Virus record (IMG/VR): IMGVR_UViG_3300045988_154248 | Length of the DNA: 64,000 nucleotides | DNA from: a virus | Direction: 5' to 3' (one strand) | Part shown: positions 9,651 to 19,536 of the stretch, in pieces | How positions within the stretch are numbered: the first letter of the stretch is position 1 | How the letters are laid out: each line of letters opens with the position of its first letter | The notes under the pieces: model-generated | Databases searched by the model: none | What the model was told of the DNA's origin: nothing | The model's input: only the letters and a program-made list of their open reading frames with translations | Made by a program: the position numbers and the translations under genes

Positions 9651-11142
9651 AAATAACCTCGATGCTCAATCTCAAGTTAAGAAATTGAAGCAACAGCTTT
9701 CAGAAGCAGAGCAAGATTTAGCCGATACTAAGCGTGACCATGCAAATGATATGCAGTCTCAAGGTTACGATAAGCTCAGTGAAGATCTGAAAACTTCTCT
9801 TGATGATACCGAGTACGAAATTAGTCATAATGCTGACAAACAGCTTGAGATCATCAATTCTATGCTTGACAAAGCCGTGTCCTCTTATCAAGAAGCATAT
9901 GGCAAAATCAACTCTATCATCAAAAATACTGGCTGGGTAGGTAGTACGGATTTTAACAATACCCAGTCTGATCTAAGCACAGAGACAGGTGTTAAGAATC
10001 AAAATTCCAACGCATCACAGTCTCAGTCCAGTGCAAATAAAAATCCATCCAGTACCGCATCTGGTACAAAAACTGATCCAATCAACAGTAATTCAAAAGC
10101 AAACAGTGATCTTGCGGATCAATTAGTTAAACCGGAAGATACAACGAATCGTAAGGTTGCGGAACTAAAGGTGTCTCCTACTTCTACTACACTGAAAGAG
10201 GGTAAATCCACAAGTATTACTGCTACAATCAGACCGAACGATGCAGCTAATAAGACTCTTGCTTGGAAATCAAGTAATGAATCCATTGCTACTGTATCCA
10301 ATGGTACGGTAAAAGCAAAGAAAGCAGGTTCCTGCACGATCACTGCTACTACTACTGACGGCAGCGGTTTATCTGCGAAAGTATCTGTTAAAGTCAATGC
10401 GAAACCAAAACCACCAAAGCCACAGCCGAAACCACAACCAGCAAAAACTGGTGGAGATGGAATTCCTCGTGTTGGCGATGTCGTAACGTTCACAGGATCT
10501 TATTATAATGATTCCTGGGGTATGGCTCCAAAAGGTAGTAGATTTTCCGGTCAGCCTGGTGCTGTTGTTATTGACTCTTACACGGCTAGGGAATATGGCG
10601 GAAATGGACGTACTACTGGTGATTTTAAGATCCATATCAAGAGTGCGCATGATCCTAATTATAGTGATCTTGGATGGGTGCGTCTTAGCCAGATTAGTGG
10701 TTATGAAAAGGGTACGGATCGTATTCATGGTGATCAGCTTGTATGGACAAATGAAAATAAAGACACCAAACATCATGGCGTTTCAGAATTAATCTATCGC
10801 AAGAAAGATGGTGCTGTCCTTACACCTGTTCAAGATGGAGATTCTATTCTACCAGCAGATTTTGTAAGTAATTTGATTAAATTAAGTGCAATTGATCCTA
10901 AAGAATTCGGTATGAATGTAAGTACTACGCCAAATCTGGTACAGACGAACATTCCTCAAAATATCAGCAATGTTGGAAATGTAACGGTAAAAAATCATTA
11001 TGATTCATTACTCACAGTTGAAGGTAATGTTGATAGGGATGCTCTGCCTGGATTACAGGAAATTCTTGAAAAGTCTTATCAGTATACAAGTAAACAGATC
11101 GTGAAAGATGCAAGAAAAGTTGGTATTAGACCATCAAGATGA
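9651..11142 (+). CDS. tail tape measure protein, exon 2
   Basis: The frame is open from 9652. Joining gt (8219-8220) to a (9651) gives GTA and continues ...ALEGV/NNLDAQSQVKKLKQQL. Exon 2 contains an Ig-like (Big_2-type) segment and a KPKPPKPQPKPQP linker. The two exons total 7170 nt, divisible by 3. Confidence 0.85.
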
Positions 11143-11217
11143 CAAGCTATGGGAGGGTACTGTCAAAGGTACTCTCCTATTTCTATAACTATAACAAAAT
11201 TTTTTGGAGGTGAGAAA

Positions 11218-12306
11218 ATGGCAAAAGAATTTAAAGATTTTACGTTTATGGGAAAGAAACTGAGTGATTTAAGTGTGAAATACGTATCTGTGGATTTTGA
11301 TGGTGATGCAGATGTGAATATGGCAATGGAGAGGGATATGGAGACTGGAGATGCAAATCGTTATAAAGTGGAGCCGAATTACTTTTACGATAAGTGGAAC
11401 GATACATTAGAATTCGAGCTTGATATTATTAAAGATCCATGCAAATTCACGAATCAAAATGATGCAGTAATTACAAAATCCGAACGTCGTGAAATCACGA
11501 GATGGCTAACTTCTTCTCACTTTCCAGAATGGTTAACTTTTTCGGGAACGGGCGATTCAGCAGATGATACAATTCGCTATTTTGGCTGGTTTAATAATAT
11601 CGAATCTTACTCCGTTAATGCTCAAACATTTGGATTAAAATTATATTTTAAATGCACAACGCCCTTTGGTTATACTGATAGTCTCGTAACAAGTGTATCA
11701 TGTACCACATATAAAAATATTTTAATTGCCAACAATAGTGACGAACTGAATAGTTATATCTATCCATCAATTGACATTATTCCAAAAGCAAATGGAGAAA
11801 TATATATCTGTAATATGTCTGATGCGACAATTAATCAGACGGGAACTCTCTCCTCTTCTAATACGAATTATCAGAGTCAACTGGTATCGCTGGTAAACAC
11901 ATATGCAAAATCAAACGCTTGTACCGTAGAATTCACGATTTCAGATTCTACAAAAGATATCGATTGGCATTGTAATAATACGCTCGCAAATTTTAAATTG
12001 GTTGATGTCTATGGTAACGAAACTTATCACACAGTATTTTACCGTACTGATTCCAAAGTATATTACATAATTGAAAATGGATTAATGCGGATGTCTGTAT
12101 CCAAAGATTTAAAAGTATATCTTGATTGTCAGAAACTTACTATTAACGATGAATTAGGGAGAATGGTAACTTACGATAAATTAGGTATTACTGATGTAGC
12201 TTATATGTATTGGCTGCAGCTTTTGAACGGGAACAATTCTCTTCTATTTTATGGTAATTGTGATTTTAAAGTTAAACATATTGAGTCTCGAAAGGTTGGT
12301 GGATAA
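11218..12306 (+). CDS. distal tail protein (Dit-like)
   Basis: Position between TMP and Tal. Start set at ATG 11218 after GGAGGTGAG. The N-terminus MAKEFKDFTFMGKKLSD is typical of siphovirus tail component proteins. Confidence 0.7.
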   Translation: MAKEFKDFTFMGKKLSDLSVKYVSVDFDGDADVNMAMERDMETGDANRYKVEPNYFYDKWNDTLEFELDIIKDPCKFTNQNDAVITKSERREITRWLTSSHFPEWLTFSGTGDSADDTIRYFGWFNNIESYSVNAQTFGLKLYFKCTTPFGYTDSLVTSVSCTTYKNILIANNSDELNSYIYPSIDIIPKANGEIYICNMSDATINQTGTLSSSNTNYQSQLVSLVNTYAKSNACTVEFTISDSTKDIDWHCNNTLANFKLVDVYGNETYHTVFYRTDSKVYYIIENGLMRMSVSKDLKVYLDCQKLTINDELGRMVTYDKLGITDVAYMYWLQLLNGNNSLLFYGNCDFKVKHIESRKVGG

Positions 12307-12308
12307 AC

Positions 12309-15300
12309 GTGAATATAATTTTTAATCGTTATAATGAGCCGATCCAGGGACATGTATATTTAGGAACACCAAATGGTAAAATTCTATGTGCTATTAATGG
12401 AATTGAAGAGAGTACGTTTAAGCTCACGTCAAAATTTAATAATACATTTGAATTGACGTTTGACTTGAATGAAAATATTCTTATTCAAGATGGAAAAGGT
12501 CTTTCTAAATTAGTTCATTCCAATGTATATGATCTTGTTGGATGGCTTATGCGTGTTTATGTCGAAAATGTTGGTTGGTTCATCATGGAACATCCGAAAA
12601 TTACTGACGATGGTATGAAGCAAATCAAAACAATCACATGTCAATCCGCAGAAATCGAGATGCAACAACACGATCTCAAGAATTTTAAAATCAACCAGGG
12701 AACAACAGATTCCTACGAGATGTTAGCAGATAATAATGTGGAGAAAATAGATGATGTAGAATTTGCTAAAGAACAAATCAAATTTCACAATCCTCAAAAT
12801 CCGCAACTTAGTTTGATTGATTTAGCCCTAAAAGCCGCTGGCATGAAAGGCTGGTCTGTTGGGGAAATTGATTCAACCCCAAAAACATATCGGACATATA
12901 AAGATGGAAAATATGTCGAAACTACTACTCTTCTATCTAACGAAATTGGTGCGTTTGATGTTGAGAGTCAGGACTTGTATTCTTTCTTTACACAAGATAT
13001 GGCTAAATATTTTCAGTGTGTATTTGTATTCGACTTTTTGCATATGAAAATAAGTGCTTATCATCCTGAGAATTATGGCAAGAGTACAAACGTAAATATT
13101 AATTTTCGAAACCTGCAACAATCTCAAGAAATAACAGTTGATGATAGCACTTTATTTACACGATATTATGTACAAGGTGCAGATGATCTTGGCATTACTT
13201 ATGTCAATTTTGGTTCAAATTATATTGAAAATATTGATTATTACTTAAACGAAAAATACTTCTCTCCTCTTTTAATTATTAAATATAAACTGTGGAAAGA
13301 AGACTATGAAGAAGCTCGTATATTATATATAGAAGCAACTCGTCAATATAATGAACAAATGAAAGTCGTAACAGAGCTATATGATCGCGTTCCATTGGAT
13401 GATTGTTCTACGGATTGGAGTACTTTTACAGATGATGAATTGAAAGAAGCTCAGGCTAATTACCAGGCACAACTTAAAGGATATGAACAATTTTACGTTG
13501 ATGACGATGGAAATTTCGATGAGAATGCATTAAAAAATTCTTCTGATGCTAATGACTATTATCAGATTAAAAATGTTATTCTTCCATCCATTCAGATTGA
13601 AATGGATAATCGTCAACTACCAACAGATGATGATAATGCCGATTATGTGGATTCTTACAAAACAAATTGGAAATTATATGGTTTGGATGAATTGAAAGTC
13701 AAATTGCAAGAATATAAAAACACTATCGAAACTTGTAAAAAAGGCGGATATGATCAACCATATACAGAGGATTCATCTCATACTAAAGATGTTCACGACA
13801 CAATGTACGCAAAATATCTTGATGCTCAAAACCAATTAGATTCAAATTATGTTGGAGGATGTCAAGAGGCATATGATCAGCGACAATCTGAAATTGATGC
13901 AGCAAACGAGATATTAAATAGTTATAACAAAACTCGTACAGATCTAGTAAAACAGATTTCAAAGGAAACCTGGAGTGGTGTTGTTGCTGCTGATAATTCG
14001 GGATATATTCTCGATGAGGCGGGGAATTATATAACGGATGAAGCCGGTAGAAGAATATATTGCGACACACAAAAGTTACAATTTACAGAGCGTGATCTTA
14101 CCGAGTTGTCAAAAGTGTATTATGACGGAGATTACTCAAATGAGAATATGTTTTTAACAGATTCAGACGACCAAGTATCTGCTATTGATGAGCAACTTAA
14201 GCTTCTAGATGCTGCTATTGACGATTTGTACATAGCATCTCATCCCCAATATCAGTTTACCACATCTCTTGATAATTTCTTAGCCTTGGCTGATTACGAA
14301 GATTATATAAAAAATATAAATCAGGGTGACTATCTATGGTTGACCGTAGATAATAAGGTAGTAAAACTTCGTGTAGTTGAAATACAATATAATCCGCTTA
14401 TAGCAGATAATAGTATTCAAATAACATTTTCTAATATGATACAAGGACGTAGTAGTAGAAATGACTTATCATACGTTCTAAACACACCATCAAATGCAAG
14501 TAAATCTTCCGCATCTGGTTCATCTAATAATTTCTTAAACAATGAAGGGATCACTCTTACAGCAGGCCTCATTCAAAAACTCATTTCCAATGGCGCATTT
14601 AAAAATGGCGTTTCTCAAATAATCAATAATGAATTTGCTGGTATGTTGGCTGGCGGTTCTATTTCGCTAGAAGAACTTAATGCAAAAATCATTAAAGTAA
14701 CCGATTTGTACGGTAAAAATGGATATTTCGAATACCTACAAGCAAAACTTATTACAGCAGGAAGAGTCGTTGCCGACAGTGCTGATTTTAAAGAATTATC
14801 TGCTCTTGCTGCTACCATCAAATCTGCTATCATTGGTGCTTCATCCACGGAGACAGGTATCGTAATTAATCTTACAACTGAAAATGCCACGATGAGCGAA
14901 GCGATGATCAAGGATCTTATTGCCAAATATATCACCGTTAATGAACTTAAAGCTGGCGACATCTATACAAATAAAATCAAGATTTTATCTGAAAATGGTA
15001 CGCTCAGAATTCAAGATAATACGTTCTCAATCTATGATGAAGATGGTAATGTAGTAGTTCAGCTTGGAGAAGATAAAAACGGAAATTACGGATTAATCAT
15101 ATCAGATTCCAAAGGATCTGTCTTGTTAGATTCACAAGGGCTGCACGAGGGTATTGTTCCTGATGATTTCATTAAAACGGATATGATTGCAGATGGTCAA
15201 ATTACAGAATCTAAGATTGACAAGACCACCATGCGTGACTGGACTATGCCTGACGGATCTAAAGTGTTTGATGTATCACATCTTTGGGACGGCGATGATA

Positions 15301-18125
15301 GTTTCGGAAAATCTTATAACACGATCAAATCAACCGTATCTGCGACATCTAAAGAACTTGGAGATTTATCGGACAAAGTAGATCAATTAGGAAATGGTTA
15401 TACTGTTGTTTTATCTAACGAAACCCAAAATATCCCATGTACATCTGACGGAATAACTGCGACTAGTTTTCTTATCGAAATTCCATTCTATGGTTATGAG
15501 GGAATTAAACAGGCAGTATGTACCGTGACTGTTGGTGAATTACCAGATGGAATTACTCTCGCGGAAAATACTGCTGCTACTTCTACTGCACCAGGTAAAA
15601 TCACCTTGAATGTAGCAAAAGGTAAAACACTTGGTAACAAATCTCTTCTAACAGGAACGATTGTTTTTACATGTATCGTTTCAGGAAAGAAAATTTCTAA
15701 AAAATTCACATGGATTAAATCTCTCGCTGGTAAAGATGGATCGCAAGGTATTCCAGCGCCTACATACTATACGTGGATTCGTTATGCAGATACTCCGACC
15801 AGTGGAATATCATCTGATCCAACCAATAAAACATATATTGGTATTGCGTATAATCAGACTTCTCAAACACCTAGTTCAAACTATTCTGATTATCAATGGT
15901 CAAAATTTCGCGGAGATGACGGTGCAAGTATAAAAGGCGATGACGGAAAAACGCTATATGTATGGATTAAATATGCAGATGACGCAAAAGGTACAAATAT
16001 GTCAGATGCTCCCGAAGGTAAAACTTACATGGGTATGGCATGGAATAAATCCACATCAAAAGAGAGTACTAATGCTGCGGATTATTCCTGGTCACTAATT
16101 AAAGGCGCAGACGGTAAAGATGGAAAAACCCCAGTAAAAGGCGTTGACTATTTCGATGGCGTGTCTTCCTATGTATGGATTAGATATGCAACGGACGCTA
16201 AAGGAACTGGGATGACAGCTATTCCATCCACAACAACGGGCTATATCGGAACAGCTACTACTACAACAGCTGTTGCTCCAACAAATGCTAGTGCGTATGT
16301 GTGGGCTAAATATATTGGAGAAAAAGGCGCTAAAGGTGATGGTGGTTATATTCATATTGCTTATGCTAACTCTGCTGATGGAAAGACAGGATTCGATACG
16401 ACAATCGGTACTGGGAAATCTTATATTGGACAGTATACGGATAACATCGAAGATGATAGCACGAATCCAAGCAAATATACATGGAGTTTGATCAAAGGTG
16501 CTGACGGAAAGACATTATATACATGGCTAAAATATGCTGACTCTCCTACTTCTGGTATGTCAGACAGTCCGGCTGGAAAGACGTACATGGGTATTGCTGT
16601 TAATAAAACATCTATAACTGAAAGCAGTAACTATTCTGATTATACTTGGTCGCTGATCAAAGGTACAGATGGAATTAGTGTTAAGGGCGATAAAGGTGAT
16701 ACGGTATATATCTGGGTTAAATATGCAGATGACGCAAAAGGTAATGGCATGTCTGAATATCCAGATGGCAAAAAATATATTGGTCTTGCCTATAACAAAA
16801 CCACCGCAACAGAAAGTAATAATGCTTCTGATTACATCTGGTCGTTAATTCAGGGTGAAGATGCTGTTCTTTATGAAATCGAACCATCTGTTGCAGTAAT
16901 CAAAAAATGCACTCTTGATGTATGTTCTATTACTGACGAATCTGGAAATCGAATTGTTGATGAACAAGGAAGATTTCTCTCTGCTTATTTCTTGACTGAT
17001 TCTCTTTCACCGAACAAAATCACATTTACGGCCTATAAACAAGTCGGAAGTAAAACTCGTGCCATATATGCATGTAGATTTATTATCCAGGAATCTTTAA
17101 ATGGATTATCTTGGTCAACAAAATACACGTCTTCCGAAGACGAAACGAGTGTGTCATACACTCCAAGCACCCTTAAATTACAACAAATTAAGTGTGTAAT
17201 GTATCGTGCTGGCGGCATAACTGAACAGTTAGATTCTCAGACTGTGCCTGTTATTCAAGATGCTGAAGGCTATGATTCTGTGATTCAGACATTTACGGAT
17301 ACTTTTGCATCTGTTGAGTTAAAAGTTGATAACAATACAAAAGCTATTACATTAAAAGCAGAGCAAAAAGATATAACTAATGCTATTAATAATTATGATA
17401 ACACAACAGTTAAGGACATTCGCAATCGCCAAACAGAACAAAAAGTCAATATCGACGGTATTTCAACAAAAGTATCTGATATTGAAACAACTATTAATGG
17501 ATCTGTCGATGGCACAAAAACAGGTCTTATAGAAAAGGTTACGCAAGTAACAACCAAGGCCGGAACAATTGAAGCTAATCTCAAAAATAATTATACCACA
17601 ACTGCAGGTATGAATACACAGATCAGCAACTCAATTGCTGCTAGTGCAGATAAGATTAAGGTCACTCTTGCTGATGGAAAGACGGAATCTACTCTCAAAG
17701 CCGCTTTAGGAGAAATTCAGAAGAGTGTAAAAGATAATGCAGGAAATATTTCAACAGTCACCCAAAAGGCTAATAGCATTGAAACTAAGGTTGCAAACCA
17801 AGGAAATGACATTGCGAATCTTAAAGTTGATGCAAAAGCCGTCGAGACGTTGGTTGGAAGTTCTGCTGGTACAACTGATGTTGTTCAAAAAGCAACAGAT
17901 TTTCGAAAGACGATTACAGATGCTGCCGGAAATGCAAATCTTGCTCTTAGCACCGCGAATTCAAATAAAAATATTATTTCAAACATGAAAGTTGGAGCTG
18001 CAAATACAATTCGCAATTCCAATGATCTTATTTACGATTTATATTTTATGGTTGCCAGTCTACGTGACGAAAGTGGTAATCGCATAGTAGCTGAAAATGG
18101 CGATTATTTAGTTGCATATTATTAA
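12309..18125 (+). CDS. tail-associated (Tal-like) minor structural / fibre protein, 1938 aa
   Basis: GTG start 3 nt after the Dit stop. It has a Tal-type N-terminus, a long coiled-coil region and six repeated WxKYAD modules separated by collagen-like G-x-x stretches. Confidence 0.8.
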   Translation: MNIIFNRYNEPIQGHVYLGTPNGKILCAINGIEESTFKLTSKFNNTFELTFDLNENILIQDGKGLSKLVHSNVYDLVGWLMRVYVENVGWFIMEHPKITDDGMKQIKTITCQSAEIEMQQHDLKNFKINQGTTDSYEMLADNNVEKIDDVEFAKEQIKFHNPQNPQLSLIDLALKAAGMKGWSVGEIDSTPKTYRTYKDGKYVETTTLLSNEIGAFDVESQDLYSFFTQDMAKYFQCVFVFDFLHMKISAYHPENYGKSTNVNINFRNLQQSQEITVDDSTLFTRYYVQGADDLGITYVNFGSNYIENIDYYLNEKYFSPLLIIKYKLWKEDYEEARILYIEATRQYNEQMKVVTELYDRVPLDDCSTDWSTFTDDELKEAQANYQAQLKGYEQFYVDDDGNFDENALKNSSDANDYYQIKNVILPSIQIEMDNRQLPTDDDNADYVDSYKTNWKLYGLDELKVKLQEYKNTIETCKKGGYDQPYTEDSSHTKDVHDTMYAKYLDAQNQLDSNYVGGCQEAYDQRQSEIDAANEILNSYNKTRTDLVKQISKETWSGVVAADNSGYILDEAGNYITDEAGRRIYCDTQKLQFTERDLTELSKVYYDGDYSNENMFLTDSDDQVSAIDEQLKLLDAAIDDLYIASHPQYQFTTSLDNFLALADYEDYIKNINQGDYLWLTVDNKVVKLRVVEIQYNPLIADNSIQITFSNMIQGRSSRNDLSYVLNTPSNASKSSASGSSNNFLNNEGITLTAGLIQKLISNGAFKNGVSQIINNEFAGMLAGGSISLEELNAKIIKVTDLYGKNGYFEYLQAKLITAGRVVADSADFKELSALAATIKSAIIGASSTETGIVINLTTENATMSEAMIKDLIAKYITVNELKAGDIYTNKIKILSENGTLRIQDNTFSIYDEDGNVVVQLGEDKNGNYGLIISDSKGSVLLDSQGLHEGIVPDDFIKTDMIADGQITESKIDKTTMRDWTMPDGSKVFDVSHLWDGDDSFGKSYNTIKSTVSATSKELGDLSDKVDQLGNGYTVVLSNETQNIPCTSDGITATSFLIEIPFYGYEGIKQAVCTVTVGELPDGITLAENTAATSTAPGKITLNVAKGKTLGNKSLLTGTIVFTCIVSGKKISKKFTWIKSLAGKDGSQGIPAPTYYTWIRYADTPTSGISSDPTNKTYIGIAYNQTSQTPSSNYSDYQWSKFRGDDGASIKGDDGKTLYVWIKYADDAKGTNMSDAPEGKTYMGMAWNKSTSKESTNAADYSWSLIKGADGKDGKTPVKGVDYFDGVSSYVWIRYATDAKGTGMTAIPSTTTGYIGTATTTTAVAPTNASAYVWAKYIGEKGAKGDGGYIHIAYANSADGKTGFDTTIGTGKSYIGQYTDNIEDDSTNPSKYTWSLIKGADGKTLYTWLKYADSPTSGMSDSPAGKTYMGIAVNKTSITESSNYSDYTWSLIKGTDGISVKGDKGDTVYIWVKYADDAKGNGMSEYPDGKKYIGLAYNKTTATESNNASDYIWSLIQGEDAVLYEIEPSVAVIKKCTLDVCSITDESGNRIVDEQGRFLSAYFLTDSLSPNKITFTAYKQVGSKTRAIYACRFIIQESLNGLSWSTKYTSSEDETSVSYTPSTLKLQQIKCVMYRAGGITEQLDSQTVPVIQDAEGYDSVIQTFTDTFASVELKVDNNTKAITLKAEQKDITNAINNYDNTTVKDIRNRQTEQKVNIDGISTKVSDIETTINGSVDGTKTGLIEKVTQVTTKAGTIEANLKNNYTTTAGMNTQISNSIAASADKIKVTLADGKTESTLKAALGEIQKSVKDNAGNISTVTQKANSIETKVANQGNDIANLKVDAKAVETLVGSSAGTTDVVQKATDFRKTITDAAGNANLALSTANSNKNIISNMKVGAANTIRNSNDLIYDLYFMVASLRDESGNRIVAENGDYLVAYY
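15750..16865 (+). repeat. six tandem 55-70-aa protein modules inside Tal
   Basis: The pattern (Y/V)xW(I/L)(K/R)YA(D)...GM(S)..P.GK.Y(I/M)G.A.N...ES.N..DY.WS(L)IKG.DG recurs six times in the translation. Confidence 0.6.
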
Positions 18126-18130
18126 TTTTA

Positions 18131-18162
18131 TTACTCCTCATTGATTTGAGGAGTAACTTTTA
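18131..18162 (+). terminator. intrinsic terminator after Tal
   Basis: ttactcctc-attgattt-gaggagtaa followed by cttttat. Confidence 0.6.
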
Positions 18163-18180
18163 TAAGGAGGTAATACACTT

Positions 18181-18666
18181 ATGGCAAGTGATAAAATGTT
18201 AGGTAGTTTTGATCAAAAATCTGCACCAGAAGATAATGATCTTTTGGTAGAATACGATGCTGCTGCATCGAAAGTTAAGAATGTGAAGTTCGGAGGTGTG
18301 TGGAACTGGATAGTTAAGAAATTGACATCCGCCGTAATTAATGAGTTACAAACATCAAGTAAGAATGTAGTGGGGGCTATTAATGAATTAAATAGTAAGA
18401 AAGCGATTTGCACCACTGGTTGGGAAAACGGTAATGCAAAATCTATTTTTGAAATATTTTCGCCAACTTCTCCAAATGGTATTTATAGTTATTATAATAT
18501 TAAAGATATTCCATTTTATCATTCTCCTACAGATGCCTATGTAACAATAATAAAAGGACATGAGTTAATTATTGCTTTTAATGAACAGAGTATTTTTATA
18601 ACAGGAAGTTCAAGAAATACATGGACAAAGGAATGGCATTCTATCAAGCTTGGTATCCTATCTTAA
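18181..18666 (+). CDS. shufflon expression locus: tail-fibre tip protein (constant residues 1-73 plus currently fused cassette A, 88 aa)
   Basis: This is the only ORF in the locus with AGGAGG plus ATG. Site F1 is in frame as L-N-S-K at codons 70-73. The stop TAA 18664-18666 lies inside site F2. The cassette ends ...RNTWTKEWHSIKLGILS. Confidence 0.8.
   Translation: MASDKMLGSFDQKSAPEDNDLLVEYDAAASKVKNVKFGGVWNWIVKKLTSAVINELQTSSKNVVGAINELNSKKAICTTGWENGNAKSIFEIFSPTSPNGIYSYYNIKDIPFYHSPTDAYVTIIKGHELIIAFNEQSIFITGSSRNTWTKEWHSIKLGILS
18388..18399 (+). repeat. shufflon crossover site F1 (TTAAATAGTAAG), forward orientation
   Basis: Exact 12-mer, in frame as Leu-Asn-Ser-Lys in the expressed gene. Confidence 0.8.
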
Positions 18667-18674
18667 ATAGTAAG
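18663..18674 (+). repeat. shufflon crossover site F2 (TTAAATAGTAAG), forward orientation
   Basis: Exact 12-mer. It supplies the stop of cassette A in one frame and the NSK entry of cassette B in another. Confidence 0.8.
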
Positions 18675-19397
18675 ACATTATTACATAATGCAGGTGGTCA
18701 TAACTCTATCTTCAGAGGTAAGAACTTAGGTACATCTTACACATCTGCGATGTCTAAGGCTATTCAGGCGGGTACATTTGATGACCTGTATGTAGGTGAT
18801 TACCTTACAATCAACGGTACTGTATATCGAATCGCTGGATTCAATCTTGGAAAACAGATTGGAGGCAACGCATCTATGGGTAACTGCATGTGCCTCGTTC
18901 CTGACTCTGCTCTGTATAGCGCACAGATGCACAATACGGATAGTGGTCAGTATACAGAAGGTTCTGCTGCAAATACAACAACCGGTGCATATGCAAATTC
19001 TGATATGAGAACCACCAACCTTGCACAGGCAACTCAGAAGATTGTGAACGACTTCGGTTCTACTCATGTAATGTCTTACAGAGATATCCTGCCGAACGCA
19101 ACCGCTAACGGACAGGCTTCTGGATGGGCTTGGTATGACTGTAAAGTTGAACTGATGTCTGAGGTTATGGTGTACGGAACAACTGTATGGGCTAATAGCG
19201 GATATGAAGTTGGATGTATCAACTCTCAGCTCCCACTGTTCGCTCTCGCTCCTGAATATATTCACCGTCGCTTCGTCTATTGGCTCCGTGGTGTTGGGAG
19301 TGCGACTTCCTTCGCTTCTGTGAGCAACGCCGGTTATGCGACCAACACCAACGCTTCTTTTTCTTATGGTGTTCGTCCGTTTTTCTTCGTTAATTAA
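18675..19397 (+). CDS. silent forward cassette B (240 aa), start-less C-terminal module
   Basis: It reads NSK/TLLHNAGGHNSIF...YWLRGVGSATSFASVSNAGYATNTNASFSYGVRPFFFVN from site F2. There is no SD before the in-frame ATGs at 18621 and 18633. The YWLR...GVRP C-terminal pattern differs from the small cassettes. Confidence 0.65.
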   Translation, partial: TLLHNAGGHNSIFRGKNLGTSYTSAMSKAIQAGTFDDLYVGDYLTINGTVYRIAGFNLGKQIGGNASMGNCMCLVPDSALYSAQMHNTDSGQYTEGSAANTTTGAYANSDMRTTNLAQATQKIVNDFGSTHVMSYRDILPNATANGQASGWAWYDCKVELMSEVMVYGTTVWANSGYEVGCINSQLPLFALAPEYIHRRFVYWLRGVGSATSFASVSNAGYATNTNASFSYGVRPFFFVN

Positions 19398-19536
19398 GAT
19401 TTTTACGTGCATAGAAACGGGAATAATAGCTATTGACTGCGGATTTAATTGGTTTATATTTTTCAAGTATTTGATGAGAGAATATGGGAATGTGGTAATA
19501 GAAATTGCCAAAATTTCCCAAGGAGGTAGGTTAATA

